A stretch of DNA of 64,000 bases from Candidatus Bathyarchaeota archaeon (GCA_963832745.1 CAWHVC010000004.1:203604-267603); one strand, 5' to 3'. Shown: positions 49,447-60,241, counted from the first letter of the stretch. Numbers and translations: made by a program. The notes: generated by a model from the letters alone, not told the origin.

Positions 49447-50886
49447 ATGTCAAATTCGACCTCGAAATATTTCCGCTTAAAGCTTTGGCAACGTGAATCC
49501 GGCGCACTTTGGCTACCATTTGAGCATGAAAGAATCAGAGAATTCTCAAACATAAAAGTCAACGAGCAAGTCACCGTAAGCGGATACGTAAAATGGGTTG
49601 ACAGCGCCGTGTTTGCCTTGGTGCCCACTCCTTTTTCAAACCAGACTTTCCTGTCCTGTATTAATTATTCGAAATCTTGCCCAGCAGAAAACGAGTATGT
49701 AACTGTCTCGGGGCATTCCAAACTAGCTAATTATAGACCATTATCATCTCGTTCACGCCGTTTCAACGGTGACTTAATCATTGAAGTATACAATTGGGTA
49801 AACGACAAACCAGCTATGGAACTGCCCCAACTCAATTTTGACTACAAAAATTTCCGTCAAGGCTTAACCTCCCGTATAGAAGGCTTAGAACCGCAAATCT
49901 GCGATTTCATTGCTTTTTCCGCCATAAGCTCACCAGCTTTTCTTGATAGTTTGGGCGGATTAAACATGACAATGTACGACTCTACAAAGGCAAATTTGCC
50001 AGCTAAAGTCGTACGCGAACTCAAGGCAATTATTCCCCAGGACATGGGTAGCATGCAACGTGTTGAAACCCCTTATGGCAGGTTCCAGTTGCGTTACAAG
50101 TACGCTTTTATTTCCCAAGACGCCGATAAACCCCTATCCGCGAAGACTGCAGATTTGCTTAGTCACAAAAACTCTAGACTACCCCCAGACACTGAACTGT
50201 CTATGTCACTTTTTAGCAAGAATAGCCAACCCGTTTCCATAGAGGACCCCTCATGCAGCCTCAGCGACGTTCCAACTGTTCTTCCCGAGGACACCAGCGT
50301 TAACCGTTCAAGACCTGTAATTGACCAGTTCGACGCCCTCAAATTCATGATGGTTAACCACATGAAAACCCCTGTGATCAACGATTTGCAGTCTTCACAG
50401 GAACAGATTGTTGATGGCTTAGAAAAACTGGTCGATAGCTACGGTCTCGACCCAGCGCATCTGAGCAAGTATGGGTTTTTAAGCGCCAGTTACAACGCCA
50501 AACCGCAATCGGTGCTGAGGGAATCCCTTGCGTATGCTCGGGCAAACGACGTCCATGTTGCGGGTCCAGATTTGACTGGAAAAGTGTTTAAGGATTTTTT
50601 TGAATGGAACTTCAAATACGTTTACGAAATCTGGGAAGACCTGCTTGCCACAAAAATAACTACCCAGAAAAACCTTGCTTCACTCAACATCAAGTACAGA
50701 GATATTATTCGTATCATCAGAAAATATCATTCAACCCATGAGCCGGGAGCCAAAAAAATCTGTATCTTAAAAGAAGCAAAAACTCCACCTCACGAAACTG
50801 AAAACCTGCTTAAAGAGTGCTTAAACGAGGGCATCATTTATGAGCCAATGTTTGAAGTCTACCGTTTAACAAGAGAACTCGCCTAA
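49447..50886 (+). CDS. hypothetical protein: OB-fold-like N-terminus, degenerate MCM-like middle, winged-helix C-terminus
   Basis: VTVSG repeats, SRIEGLE, SVLRESLAYARA, NEGIIYEPMFEVYRL; no Walker A. The CDS is solid; the fold call is tentative. Confidence 0.55.
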   Translation: MSNSTSKYFRLKLWQRESGALWLPFEHERIREFSNIKVNEQVTVSGYVKWVDSAVFALVPTPFSNQTFLSCINYSKSCPAENEYVTVSGHSKLANYRPLSSRSRRFNGDLIIEVYNWVNDKPAMELPQLNFDYKNFRQGLTSRIEGLEPQICDFIAFSAISSPAFLDSLGGLNMTMYDSTKANLPAKVVRELKAIIPQDMGSMQRVETPYGRFQLRYKYAFISQDADKPLSAKTADLLSHKNSRLPPDTELSMSLFSKNSQPVSIEDPSCSLSDVPTVLPEDTSVNRSRPVIDQFDALKFMMVNHMKTPVINDLQSSQEQIVDGLEKLVDSYGLDPAHLSKYGFLSASYNAKPQSVLRESLAYARANDVHVAGPDLTGKVFKDFFEWNFKYVYEIWEDLLATKITTQKNLASLNIKYRDIIRIIRKYHSTHEPGAKKICILKEAKTPPHETENLLKECLNEGIIYEPMFEVYRLTRELA

Positions 50887-50953
50887 ATAGTACACAAAAA
50901 ACCAAACAACGCCGCCGAAGTCTTATATAGCGCCCAAGAATAGGGCAGACGAT

Positions 50954-51940
50954 ATGAATACTGATTACGTTATTGAAACAAAACAGTTGAGAAAAACATT
51001 TGTTTCAAAAGAACACGGCGAAAAAAAGACACTTGAAGCCGTAAAAGGCGTAGATTTAACAGTTAAAAGAGGTCAAATTTTTGGTTTTCTTGGTCCAAAC
51101 GGCGCTGGAAAATCAACTACACAAAAAATGCTTTCCACACTTATGCGTCCAAGTAGTGGTGAAGCAAAAGTTTTGGGTTACGATTTAGTTGAGCAGCAAG
51201 AACAGATTCGGCAAAACGTCGGTTTTGTAAGTCAAGCTGGCGGCGCTGATTTAGCTTCTACTGGAACAGAGAACCTGATTTTACAAGCCCAACTCTTCGG
51301 TATTGACGAAGTAACTGCTAAAAAATCTGCAGAAGAATTTTCACAACGATTCCAAATGACCAGCTATGTAAGTCGTCCAGCATCGACTTATTCGGGTGGT
51401 CAGAAAAGACGTTTAGACATCGCTCTTGGCATGATTCATCATCCAAAGCTACTATTGCTTGATGAACCAACTACGGGTCTTGACCCTCAAAGCCGAGCGT
51501 ACCTATGGATAGAAATCCAGAAGCTCAAAACCGATGGCATCACCATATTCTTAACTACACAGTACATGGATGAAGCCGATAAGCTCTGTGATTCAATCGC
51601 AATTATTGACCACGGCCAAATCATAGTAATTGGTACACCTGACGAGTTAAAAAGTTCCGTAGGCGGCGACACAATCGTTTTTAGTTTTGATTCTTCTGGG
51701 GTTGCATGTAAAGCTGAAGCGTTGCTTAATGAGCATGTTAAATTTGAGAGGCTTCAAGTCACTGAAAATTCAGTTTATCTCACAATTAAGGATGGCGAGC
51801 GCACCCTGCCCGATTTACTGCGTTTGCTTGACGGTTCCGGTTTGCAGGTACAGGGTGTAACGCTTTCTCGGCCAAGTTTGGATGATGTTTTCCTAAAATA
51901 TACTGGTCGCTCACTTCGAGAGGATGGTAAAAAACAATGA
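50954..51940 (+). CDS. ABC transporter ATP-binding protein (DrrA-like)
   Basis: GPNGAGKST, YSGGQKRR, LDEPTTGLDP, PSLDDVFL. Confidence 0.92.
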   Translation: MNTDYVIETKQLRKTFVSKEHGEKKTLEAVKGVDLTVKRGQIFGFLGPNGAGKSTTQKMLSTLMRPSSGEAKVLGYDLVEQQEQIRQNVGFVSQAGGADLASTGTENLILQAQLFGIDEVTAKKSAEEFSQRFQMTSYVSRPASTYSGGQKRRLDIALGMIHHPKLLLLDEPTTGLDPQSRAYLWIEIQKLKTDGITIFLTTQYMDEADKLCDSIAIIDHGQIIVIGTPDELKSSVGGDTIVFSFDSSGVACKAEALLNEHVKFERLQVTENSVYLTIKDGERTLPDLLRLLDGSGLQVQGVTLSRPSLDDVFLKYTGRSLREDGKKQ

Positions 51941-52701
51941 AGCTACTGCGCGATATCCGTTTAATGTTCATCAATAACATGCAGCACACTCTTAAGAGTC
52001 CAATATTTGTTTTTGTTAGCCTGTTCCAGCCGTTAATGTACCTTATTTTGTATATGCCATTACTAATGAATGGTTTAGGTAGCATGCCTGGATTCACTGG
52101 CGTTAATCCTGCAAACGTTTTCATTCCTGGGCTTCTGGTGATGCAAGCCATTTTTGGATGCGCTTTTGTAGGCTTTCCCCTTATTGACGATATTCGTTCA
52201 GGTGTTATCCAACGTTACTTGGTTACTCCTGTGAGTCGCTCGGCGATTCTGCTTGGGAAGGTCTTGCGTGATGTCGTTGTATTACTTGCTCAGTGTTTGC
52301 TGATAACGTTGGCTGCTCTTCCATTTGGTTTAACCGTAAACATTCCAGGTCTTGCTTTGTCTCTGCTAATGTATGCTTTGATAGGTATCACTATGTCATG
52401 TGTTTCCTACTCATTTGCGCTCATCTACAAGGTAGAAGACTCTCTTGCCCCAACGATGAACACCATCACCCTGCCGGTTTCGTTGCTGTCAGGCATCTTT
52501 TTGCCTATGGCTCTTGCACCACTCTGGCTACAATACCTTTCAAAAGTCAACCCGTTCTCGTATGGGGTGGATGCAACTCGTGACCTGTTTGTTGGGAACT
52601 TCCAAAGCATTGGTATACTTGTAGGCTTCATCGTTACAGGTGTCATCGCTGTTGTAGTGTTCTATTGGAGTTTGCATTCGCTTAAAAAAATGGCAACCTA
52701 A
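51937..52701 (+). CDS. ABC-2 type permease (DrrB-like)
   Basis: FIPG, LVTPVSR, LSGIFLP, NPFSY; 6 TM. Confidence 0.9.
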   Translation: MKLLRDIRLMFINNMQHTLKSPIFVFVSLFQPLMYLILYMPLLMNGLGSMPGFTGVNPANVFIPGLLVMQAIFGCAFVGFPLIDDIRSGVIQRYLVTPVSRSAILLGKVLRDVVVLLAQCLLITLAALPFGLTVNIPGLALSLLMYALIGITMSCVSYSFALIYKVEDSLAPTMNTITLPVSLLSGIFLPMALAPLWLQYLSKVNPFSYGVDATRDLFVGNFQSIGILVGFIVTGVIAVVVFYWSLHSLKKMAT

Positions 52702-52788
52702 CTCTTGCCTACTTTTCTTCATTTCAAATCTTATTTTTATTTAGTCTACCAGTATCTTCATTTAATACTCAAACGATTAATGCCTAAC

Positions 52789-53685
52789 ATGGAAAACGCT
52801 TTCGGCCTTGAAAGTTACGAAATAAAAGAAATTGTAACTGACAAAAGCGTCAAACAAACAATCAACTCCATGCTGCTGCCAATATTAACCTATCTGGACA
52901 TTCCACAGGACAAATCAAACCAAATAATCGTCGATTGCATGCAAACCGCCAGCAGCTACCAACGTCTCGAAGACTACGAAGCTCAAGCCCACCTGATTTT
53001 GGAAAAAGCGCAGGTTAGCCAAAAAATTCCTGAAAAACTCCAAGCAAGAGCCAACCTGATGTATTCACAAATAGCTCCATATCTGTTGCAGGGTACCGTT
53101 TTAGATTACGGTTGTGGCGACGGACAAGTCGGCGACTTTATTGCCAAAAACAAAAATCAAGCTGTCACAGTAACCGACGTTTATGAACATAGTCACATTA
53201 AGCAAGCTGGACTTAACTTCAAAAAATTCGCTCAAGGAGCACAAATGCCGTTTGAAACTGAAAAATTTGATAACGTTTTAGCATTAACCGTTTTTCATCA
53301 CTGCAGCAACCCAGTTAGCTCAATAAAAGACGTGTGTCGTATCACTAAAAAGTCTGGCTGCGTAATTGTTATTGAATCGGTTTATGACGTTGACGGAAAA
53401 GAGTTGCCGATAGCGATGCAGCAAAAAATTGGTGCTTACCTGTCGCTTTCGGGGGAGCAGCAACGAAAAGTCAACATTTTCTTTGACCATTTCTACAATC
53501 GTGTTCTGCATTACAGCCAAAGTGTTGAAACAAAAGTAAATGTTCCTTTCAATTTTAACACGCCAAAAGGTTGGGAAACATTATTTGCAAGTTGTGGCTT
53601 AAAACAGGAAGTGCTTGTTCATCTTGGGCTTGACCAGCCTACGGCGCTTGAATATCATACTTTGCATGTATTAAGAAAGGTTTGA
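52789..53685 (+). CDS. class I SAM-dependent methyltransferase
   Basis: VLDYGCGDG, FD..LALTVFHH. Confidence 0.85.
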   Translation: MENAFGLESYEIKEIVTDKSVKQTINSMLLPILTYLDIPQDKSNQIIVDCMQTASSYQRLEDYEAQAHLILEKAQVSQKIPEKLQARANLMYSQIAPYLLQGTVLDYGCGDGQVGDFIAKNKNQAVTVTDVYEHSHIKQAGLNFKKFAQGAQMPFETEKFDNVLALTVFHHCSNPVSSIKDVCRITKKSGCVIVIESVYDVDGKELPIAMQQKIGAYLSLSGEQQRKVNIFFDHFYNRVLHYSQSVETKVNVPFNFNTPKGWETLFASCGLKQEVLVHLGLDQPTALEYHTLHVLRKV

Positions 53686-53968
53686 GCGCCCGCCGCATAA
53701 CAAATCAGTTTTAGGCACGTTGTGGGCATGGGAATATTGTCGTTTGTTGTTCTATTGTTCTACAGTTTGGTTGCTGTAGTTTTTAGGTACTTTGTAGATG
53801 TTTTTGTATGTTGTAAGCGTGTTTTTGTAGATTTGACCTACAGTTTAGGTGTATTTTGATATGCTTGGGTTATGTCTGAGGTTTTATATGCCTGTTTATG
53901 GATTAGAAATACATACGACAACACCTGAAGTGTTGTCCAAAAAAATAAAAAAGACGGCGAAAAATGAA

Positions 53969-54373
53969 ATGACAAACAACTGCCAAAAAGAAATCCAAAC
54001 AAAACTTGCAAAAGGATTACTTGACATGATAGCATTGCAAATAATCGACCAGCAACCAATGCACGGTTACCAAGTTATTACAAAAATCCGCAAAACCTTC
54101 GGCATCTATTTTGGTCCAAGCACAGTTTATCCACTTTTAGCAAACCTCGAAAAGAAAGGATATCTTAAAAGCGAATGGAACATGACTTCTGAAAAACCGC
54201 GTAAAGTCTTTACCATAACAACCGTGGGGCAAACCATGCTAAAATTCACAGAAAACTCGTTGGGACTGATTTGCAGAACCTTGCAGTCAGTTGAAAGTAC
54301 AGCTAAAGGTACAGTTGAAATAAAGCCTATCGGCAACCCTAAACTTGTAAAAAATGCTCGACAGCTGGCCTAA
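53969..54373 (+). CDS. PadR-family transcriptional regulator
   Basis: PMHGYQ, GPSTVYPLL..LEKKG, RKVFTIT..G. Confidence 0.9.
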   Translation: MTNNCQKEIQTKLAKGLLDMIALQIIDQQPMHGYQVITKIRKTFGIYFGPSTVYPLLANLEKKGYLKSEWNMTSEKPRKVFTITTVGQTMLKFTENSLGLICRTLQSVESTAKGTVEIKPIGNPKLVKNARQLA

Positions 54374-54480
54374 TTAAGGCTGCTTTAGGGCATGTGTCTT
54401 TTCCCGACCATATATCGAAACCTAAAACAATCGTTATATTAAGATTTACGACTTAACATGTGTATCCGAGTGGTTCACAT

Positions 54481-54864
54481 ATGCAGTTAAAACAAGTAAC
54501 ACAACAAAACCGAGAACCAACCTGCATAATCACAATAGGTGCGAAAACAGACACAGATAAGTCATCCTTTATAGCTATACTTACCCAAGCCATCGACGAA
54601 GCTTTCTCTACATTAGGTTGCAAACAAAACATTTACAGTCAACTAGAAACAAAATACGCAATCACCCAAACAGGAATGGCGGAAAACCCTGATGCGTTTG
54701 TTGCTGCACTTAGGGACATGTTCGGTGAATCCTCTTTGCTTATCGAACTGAAAATAATGGGTTTGCTACACATTAAAGCGCCAAAAGTCAAGTATTATCT
54801 GCGAGCGGAAGAAGAACTCAATTTAAGTAGTTACATAAAAAACCTAAAATTTTATCTCATGTAA
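54481..54864 (+). CDS. hypothetical protein (DUF3227/NitrOD5-like)
   Basis: AIDEAFSTLG...PDAFVAALRDMFG..SLLIE pattern. Confidence 0.55.
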   Translation: MQLKQVTQQNREPTCIITIGAKTDTDKSSFIAILTQAIDEAFSTLGCKQNIYSQLETKYAITQTGMAENPDAFVAALRDMFGESSLLIELKIMGLLHIKAPKVKYYLRAEEELNLSSYIKNLKFYLM

Positions 54865-54965
54865 ACCCCAAATTCATGGGTTGCTTATTCTTATTTTCTA
54901 AAGCTCTACGTATTTCGCGTAAAAACTTTAATTAGCCTCCCTGAGCCAGTCAGTTTAAGGAGCGG

Positions 54966-56466
54966 ATTATTTTAGCCTCAAATTCTCAAACACACTTTTT
55001 CGCAGACAGATACGTATTAGGCAAAGACAAACTCGAGGAGTCAACCCACTTTTTAAGAATAAAAATCCCAAACGGACGCTTAACATCACAACAGTTCCGA
55101 TCAATCGCTGATTTATCCAAAACTTACGGCAAAGGCTACGCCGAAATAACTGACCGCCAAAACATCCAACTACACTGGATCGACCCACAAAACGCCCAAA
55201 CAATATTCGCAAGGCTTGATAGCATAGGGTTTTCAACGGACCACGGAGGTCAGGGCATTCCCGATCGCTCAAAAAGGTGACGTACGCGCCATCGCAAGCT
55301 GTCCCATTGCAGGTGTAGACAAAGACGAAATAATAGACACAATGCCAATAGTTAAGCAGTTAGACGCCTATTTTGACGGTAACACGGCTTTTTTGGATAT
55401 GCCTCGTAAACTGAAAATATCGATAAACGGTTGCAGCCTAAATTGTGGCAATTCCGAAATGCAGGATCTATCGTTTGTAGCTGTAAAACGTGATTTAGGA
55501 CATGTGGGTTTTGTAGTTTTTGTGGGGGGAACAGTTGCCACTGCCCCGCAGCTGGCTCGACCTCTCAACATAATCGTGACGTCCGAAGAGGTTTTGGAGG
55601 TTGCACGCTGCATTGCGGAGATTTTCCGGGACAATGGTAGCCGTGAAGTGAAAGCTAAAGCACGGTTTAGGTGGCTAGTTGACACTTTAGGAACCGAAAA
55701 GCTCCGTCAGTTGGTTGAGGAAAAGCTGGGGCATCCTCTTGAGACCTTCAAGCCTGAATACATGACCCACATTAAGGGTGAGCATATTGGCGTTCAGAGC
55801 CAAAAACAGGCAGGGTACTCATTCATTAACGTGCCAGTAATTGGTGGAGTTTTGTCTGCGGAAAAAATGCTAGAACTAGCGCAAGTGGCAGAAGATTTTG
55901 GCAACGGGACTCTGTGTTTAACACCTTTCCAAAACCTTATCATATTAAATGTGCCCGAACAATCTGTGGATACTGCTTTATGCCAGTTGAGTCATGTCGG
56001 TTTTAGTTTGGATGTTTCACCGCTCCGTTGGACAACCATTGCCTGCGCAGGCAATTTTTGTGGAAAAACCCTTGACCACCCCAAAAACCGTGCAAAAGAT
56101 GCTATCTACTACCTTGAAGAACGCTTTGGTCAGAAACTGGCAAACCTGCAGTTAACCATCGGTTTCAGCGGATGCCCCAATGGTTGTGCTCGTCACTTAC
56201 TCTCAGATATCGGCTTGCAGGGTACCGCGTTAAATGTTGATGGCAAAAACGTTCCCGCTTACAACCTGTATCTACGAGAAGAACAAGGTGCCATTCCAAC
56301 CTTTGGGAAGCTGATTCAACGGGCAATAAACGCTGAACAAGTCAAATATGCCTTAGCCAACCTCATCGAAGCATACCTGAACAATCCCCAAAACATGAGC
56401 TTTAACAAGTACTACAGCACAAAAACCGTTGAACAAATTCAGGAAATAATCAAAGCAAAATCATAA
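54966..56466 (+). pseudogene. ferredoxin-dependent nitrite/sulfite reductase (siroheme), one frameshift and no canonical start
   Basis: Upstream frame reads FLRIKIPNGRLT...EITDRQNIQLHWI and stops at 55278-55280; one extra base at about 55260 joins it to GDVRAIASCP, PRKLKISINGC, CAGNFC, SGCPNGC. Confidence 0.8.
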
Positions 56467-56506
56467 ACAAAAATTTAAACGGGTCAATCCCGTTTTTCAT
56501 TAATTA

Positions 56507-56878
56507 TTAAACAACGTTAACGGTGGCTGCAACAAAATCTGATTCTCCAACCACTCTGCCCTGATGACCATTGCCTGTGGTGTCTTCGAGAAGCAGCACG
56601 TCGCCCTGACCAAAAACCCGTTTTTCGCCATCGCCAACGGTGATTTCTATTTTTCCTACGCTGACGAAGAAAAACTGCTTTTTATCTGATGGGTGCAAAT
56701 TGGTTAACGCGCCTTGAGGTATCTTGGCAAAGAAAACCTGTGTTGTAGGCATACCGTTTGACACTTCTGCCGTTGGCGCATGTTGCAAATTCGCTTTATC
56801 AAATTCGACTGGTACATCTTTAAAGTGGCTTGTGCCGTTTTGGTCAGAGTAAACTACTGTATACTTCAAACGTTTCAC
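56507..56878 (-). CDS. cupin domain protein
   Basis: GTSHF, LHPS, GKIEI, EDTTGNGH. Confidence 0.85.
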   Translation of the reverse strand: MKRLKYTVVYSDQNGTSHFKDVPVEFDKANLQHAPTAEVSNGMPTTQVFFAKIPQGALTNLHPSDKKQFFFVSVGKIEITVGDGEKRVFGQGDVLLLEDTTGNGHQGRVVGESDFVAATVNVV

Positions 56879-57025
56879 CTTATTTTATGAAGCATCAGCA
56901 GTAAGGTGTATTTAAAATTAGCCAAAAAGTGCTTGGTCGACTGTCCAATTTTTAAAAAATCTATTATGCGAAAATATTTGACTATGTTTTGACTAGGAAA
57001 AGAGAAATTTAAAACGCGTTTTTCT

Positions 57026-57313
57026 CTATGGTTTTGTGAGAACGATTTCAATTATTGAAACCATACGCGTCTTGTTTTCGCCTTCTCTCGGCGGCATCTC
57101 TTCTGTACCTATCGCGATTTTGCTTACCTTTAGGTCCTTTAGGAAACGGTTTCTTGTTATTTCTGCCGCGTCAACTGCTGTAGTTATTGCTTGTCCTCTT
57201 GCTTTCAATGTTATTTCTTTAGCGTTGTTCGCCGAAAGGCCAGTAATAATCGCTAAAACATAATCCATGGGCATTTTATTTCCAACAAAAACGATACCAG
57301 ATTTTTCTGCCAT
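57026..57313 (-). CDS. albA: DNA/RNA-binding protein Alba
   Basis: VGNKMPMDYVLA, KARGQAITTAVDAAEI, VSIIEIVL. Confidence 0.93.
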   Translation of the reverse strand: MAEKSGIVFVGNKMPMDYVLAIITGLSANNAKEITLKARGQAITTAVDAAEITRNRFLKDLKVSKIAIGTEEMPPREGENKTRMVSIIEIVLTKP

Positions 57314-57834
57314 TTTGCATCACCATATACCAAAATATTGCTGTTCTATACTACACGAACCTGCTTATAAAGCGATTAAACGACAGAATCAGCGAAAGGG
57401 TCGCTGAGTTAATAGGCAATAATTTTTTTGGGCGGGTGTCCGCTTTAAACCAGTTTACGTTTGGCGAAGTCATCATCTTTTGATTTCTTCTACATCGATG
57501 TCTGCCCATTTTGACTTGTAAATGCTTGAATGGTTGCCCTTTGGAGGGTTTTGTAATGTAGCAGATTGTTCATGCTTAACTGAGCAGTTCTTCAAGCGAT
57601 AAATGGAGAACATCCATTAAGGCTTCGCCGAAGAAACATGAATTAATTTAAAGTCAAAGGAAAGAAAAACGGTTGTTTCAATAATTTGTGGGTAGAGCTT
57701 GTTAATGTTAGTCAATGGTCATACCGTTATCCCATTGACCCTCATCTGCAATATATCAGTCCATATTAAGTTGAGACGGAAAATAGGCGCGGGTTATTGA
57801 AAAATCAAGGTTGTTCTATTTAGAATGTTGTGAA

Positions 57835-57912
57835 TGGTGGGGCTCCCCGGATTTGAACCGGAGTCTATAGAGCCCAAGTCTACAAGCCTAGACCAAGCTA
57901 GCCGAGAGCCCC
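57835..57912 (-). tRNA. tRNA-Pro(UGG), CCA encoded
   Basis: Acceptor GGGGCTC/GAGCCCC, anticodon arm GTAGA-CTTGGGC-TCTAT, T-loop TTCAAAT. Confidence 0.93.
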
Positions 57913-58039
57913 AAACCTTTGATGCTGAAAAGATAATTTCACATGCGCAATAAAAACCTATTCCAACCAAGCCCACAAAAAAGTCAAAAACCCCGCAATT
58001 CCTACCAGCATTTCCGTTATCTCACCAACAAATTTGTAG

Positions 58040-58155
58040 CCTATTAGAAACTCGTTGCAGAAACCTATAGGGGGTAGGTCAAAAATAGCCCTTTTCCAGA
58101 AACACTAAGGGGGGTAGGTGCTATTGGCTAAAAAACGCGCCATTAGTATGTTGAA
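58040..58155. repeat. dispersed intergenic repeat, copy 2 (internal module duplicated)
   Basis: Same ends as 28317-28392 but with two CAGAAAC..GGGGGTAGGT modules. Confidence 0.85.
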
Positions 58156-58217
58156 AATCACTGCTTTACAGGTAAATGGCTGTCAACGTTCTTCAAGCCA
58201 AAAGCATGACTAAAAAA

Positions 58218-58580
58218 TTATTTTTTCCGTTGGTTGCATTGCATCGCTTTAGGACAAACAAGACACTCATCCGGTAATGTTCCTACTGAAAACATGCCAC
58301 CACCTAAACCGCCGCTAAAATGTGCACATTTGGCTGGAGAGTCAAACACTGTTGGGTAATCCATCGCTTTGACATCGATGACTTTCATGTTTTCTGTTAC
58401 TATTTCCAGTTTAGACATGCAGTGTGGGCAAGCATAATGAGTTTGACGTGGAATGGTTGATGCATCTGTAATCACTGTGGGTTTGCTGAAATTCTTTTCA
58501 CAGCCTTTGTATGGGCATTTCAATTTGCCCCCGCCGTCATTGTCGTTGCTGTTTCTGCCAAATAAACGCATGCATCTCAT
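58218..58580 (-). CDS. Cys-rich zinc-finger hypothetical protein
   Basis: CPYKGC, CPHC, CAH...CLVC...C. Confidence 0.7.
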   Translation of the reverse strand: MRCMRLFGRNSNDNDGGGKLKCPYKGCEKNFSKPTVITDASTIPRQTHYACPHCMSKLEIVTENMKVIDVKAMDYPTVFDSPAKCAHFSGGLGGGMFSVGTLPDECLVCPKAMQCNQRKK

Positions 58581-58939
58581 CTCCTTACGCTATCGGAACA
58601 TGTAAGATTTAATAAAGCTTTCCGCCTACACGAACAACAAAACTACAAACCAAAAAAGCTCCAAATAGTCTACTTTGGTCTGGTTTGAAGACCATTAAAT
58701 AAAAAAGCAAGGATGATTCTTGTAATTTGTGCTTTAGGCGCATAATTTTGGGCCTTAAACACGCTTACTGCAGAACTGAAATGCCGCAATCCCATCACAC
58801 GCTTGACTTTGCTAATTTATTGGATACTAAGACCGTTATTTTTGTTCAACAACAAAATTCGTGAAACGTCTAAAGCCTTAATTTAAATACTCATTCGAAA
58901 GAGGAACTATTAAGAAAAAAGGTAAAAGGTGAACAAAAA

Positions 58940-60151
58940 TTGGCCAAATTCTTTAACGAACCTTTAATGTATGGCATAATCATCGTAGTCATAGCAATTA
59001 TAGTAGTTGGCAGTGTTGTCGGCTACACCATTTTAAATCCTCCATCTCCAACTCCATCCCCCTCTCCTTCTCCTTCCACATCACCATCCCCCTCACCATC
59101 GCCTACTGCAACTCCTGCCCCTTCTGAAGTAACAGACTCAACGCAACAGATTCGCAATGAAACCATGACTTACATTGAAAACAATCACACTGAAACAGCA
59201 CAGTACATGCAAAACCTTAACTGGTCAGGCGGCAGAATAGACACCGATTTGGTAGGTGCAGAAAAATACGTCTATACCACACTAACCGAAGCACTTGGAA
59301 GCGCAGGTTGGACAGTAACCATCAGTTATCCAGTTGTTCCTAATCCACTCTACACTTTAATTGTTAATTATACCCAAACAGGCGTACAAAACCCCGTAAA
59401 TATTTCATGGAACGGCACATGGCAAAACGGAACAATCACCGAAACAAACTACCAATCTAACATCAACCAGACTTCATCTCCCATTAAAGAGCAAGTGCGA
59501 AACGACGTCATGAGCTACATACAAGCCATCCACGTTGAAACCAGCCAATTCATGCAGGACCTCAACTGGACTGGTGGACAAGTAGAAACAGGCCTTGTAG
59601 GTTCATCACAGTACATTTACACCACTGTTCACGGTATGATGGGCGGCGCATGGTGGACAGTTGAAATCAACAACCCCGTAGTTCTCAACCCAACCTATAC
59701 AGTAACCGTTAACTACACCCAAACAGGCGTCCAAACACCATACAACGTTTTCTGGAACGGAACCATGCAAAACGGCGTAATAACCGAAACAGCCTACAAT
59801 TCCAACATTCCAGTAACAACAGAACAAATACGTGACTCAATAGTGAACTACATACAAATTGTCCACAACCAAACAGCCCCATTCACACAAGACTTGACTT
59901 GGACTGGCGGAAGAGTGGGAACAGGCCTTATCGTTGGCTCTGAAACATACAATTACACCACTATGACTTCTGCCCCCGGCGCCGCAGGATGGACCATGAT
60001 AATTCAATATCCAGTGGTCCTAAATCCAACCTACACAGTGAGTGCCAACTACACTCAAACAGGTGTTCCATCACCGTACCAAATCTTCTGGGATGGGACA
60101 TGGCAAAAAGGCGCAATATCTGAAACAAGTTATACCTTCGTAAAGCCTTAA
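58940..60151 (+). CDS. membrane-anchored surface protein with Pro/Ser linker and three tandem ~112-aa domains
   Basis: N-terminal TM, (PS)n linker, three repeats of Q(I/V)R...W(S/T)GG...W...PV...YTQTGV...W(N/D)GT. Confidence 0.8.
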   Translation: MAKFFNEPLMYGIIIVVIAIIVVGSVVGYTILNPPSPTPSPSPSPSTSPSPSPSPTATPAPSEVTDSTQQIRNETMTYIENNHTETAQYMQNLNWSGGRIDTDLVGAEKYVYTTLTEALGSAGWTVTISYPVVPNPLYTLIVNYTQTGVQNPVNISWNGTWQNGTITETNYQSNINQTSSPIKEQVRNDVMSYIQAIHVETSQFMQDLNWTGGQVETGLVGSSQYIYTTVHGMMGGAWWTVEINNPVVLNPTYTVTVNYTQTGVQTPYNVFWNGTMQNGVITETAYNSNIPVTTEQIRDSIVNYIQIVHNQTAPFTQDLTWTGGRVGTGLIVGSETYNYTTMTSAPGAAGWTMIIQYPVVLNPTYTVSANYTQTGVPSPYQIFWDGTWQKGAISETSYTFVKP

Positions 60152-60241
60152 GCGCTAATAAAAACCCTCTTTTATTCCTTTTTTATCCTTACTTTTCTAA
60201 ATTACAAAAATAAAAAATATAAAAAATGTTAAACCAGTGCA

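Noticed and set aside
53755-53845. CTACAG/CTGTAG and TGTAG/CTACA inverted repeats upstream of padR
   Set aside because: Short, inconsistent spacing in low-complexity T-rich DNA; could be chance
57473-57595. 40-aa minus-strand ORF upstream of albA
   Set aside because: No motif or ribosome-binding site support
59037-59121. CCATCC/CCTTCT tandem-like repeats
   Set aside because: Encodes a Pro/Ser linker; no repeat-spacer structure
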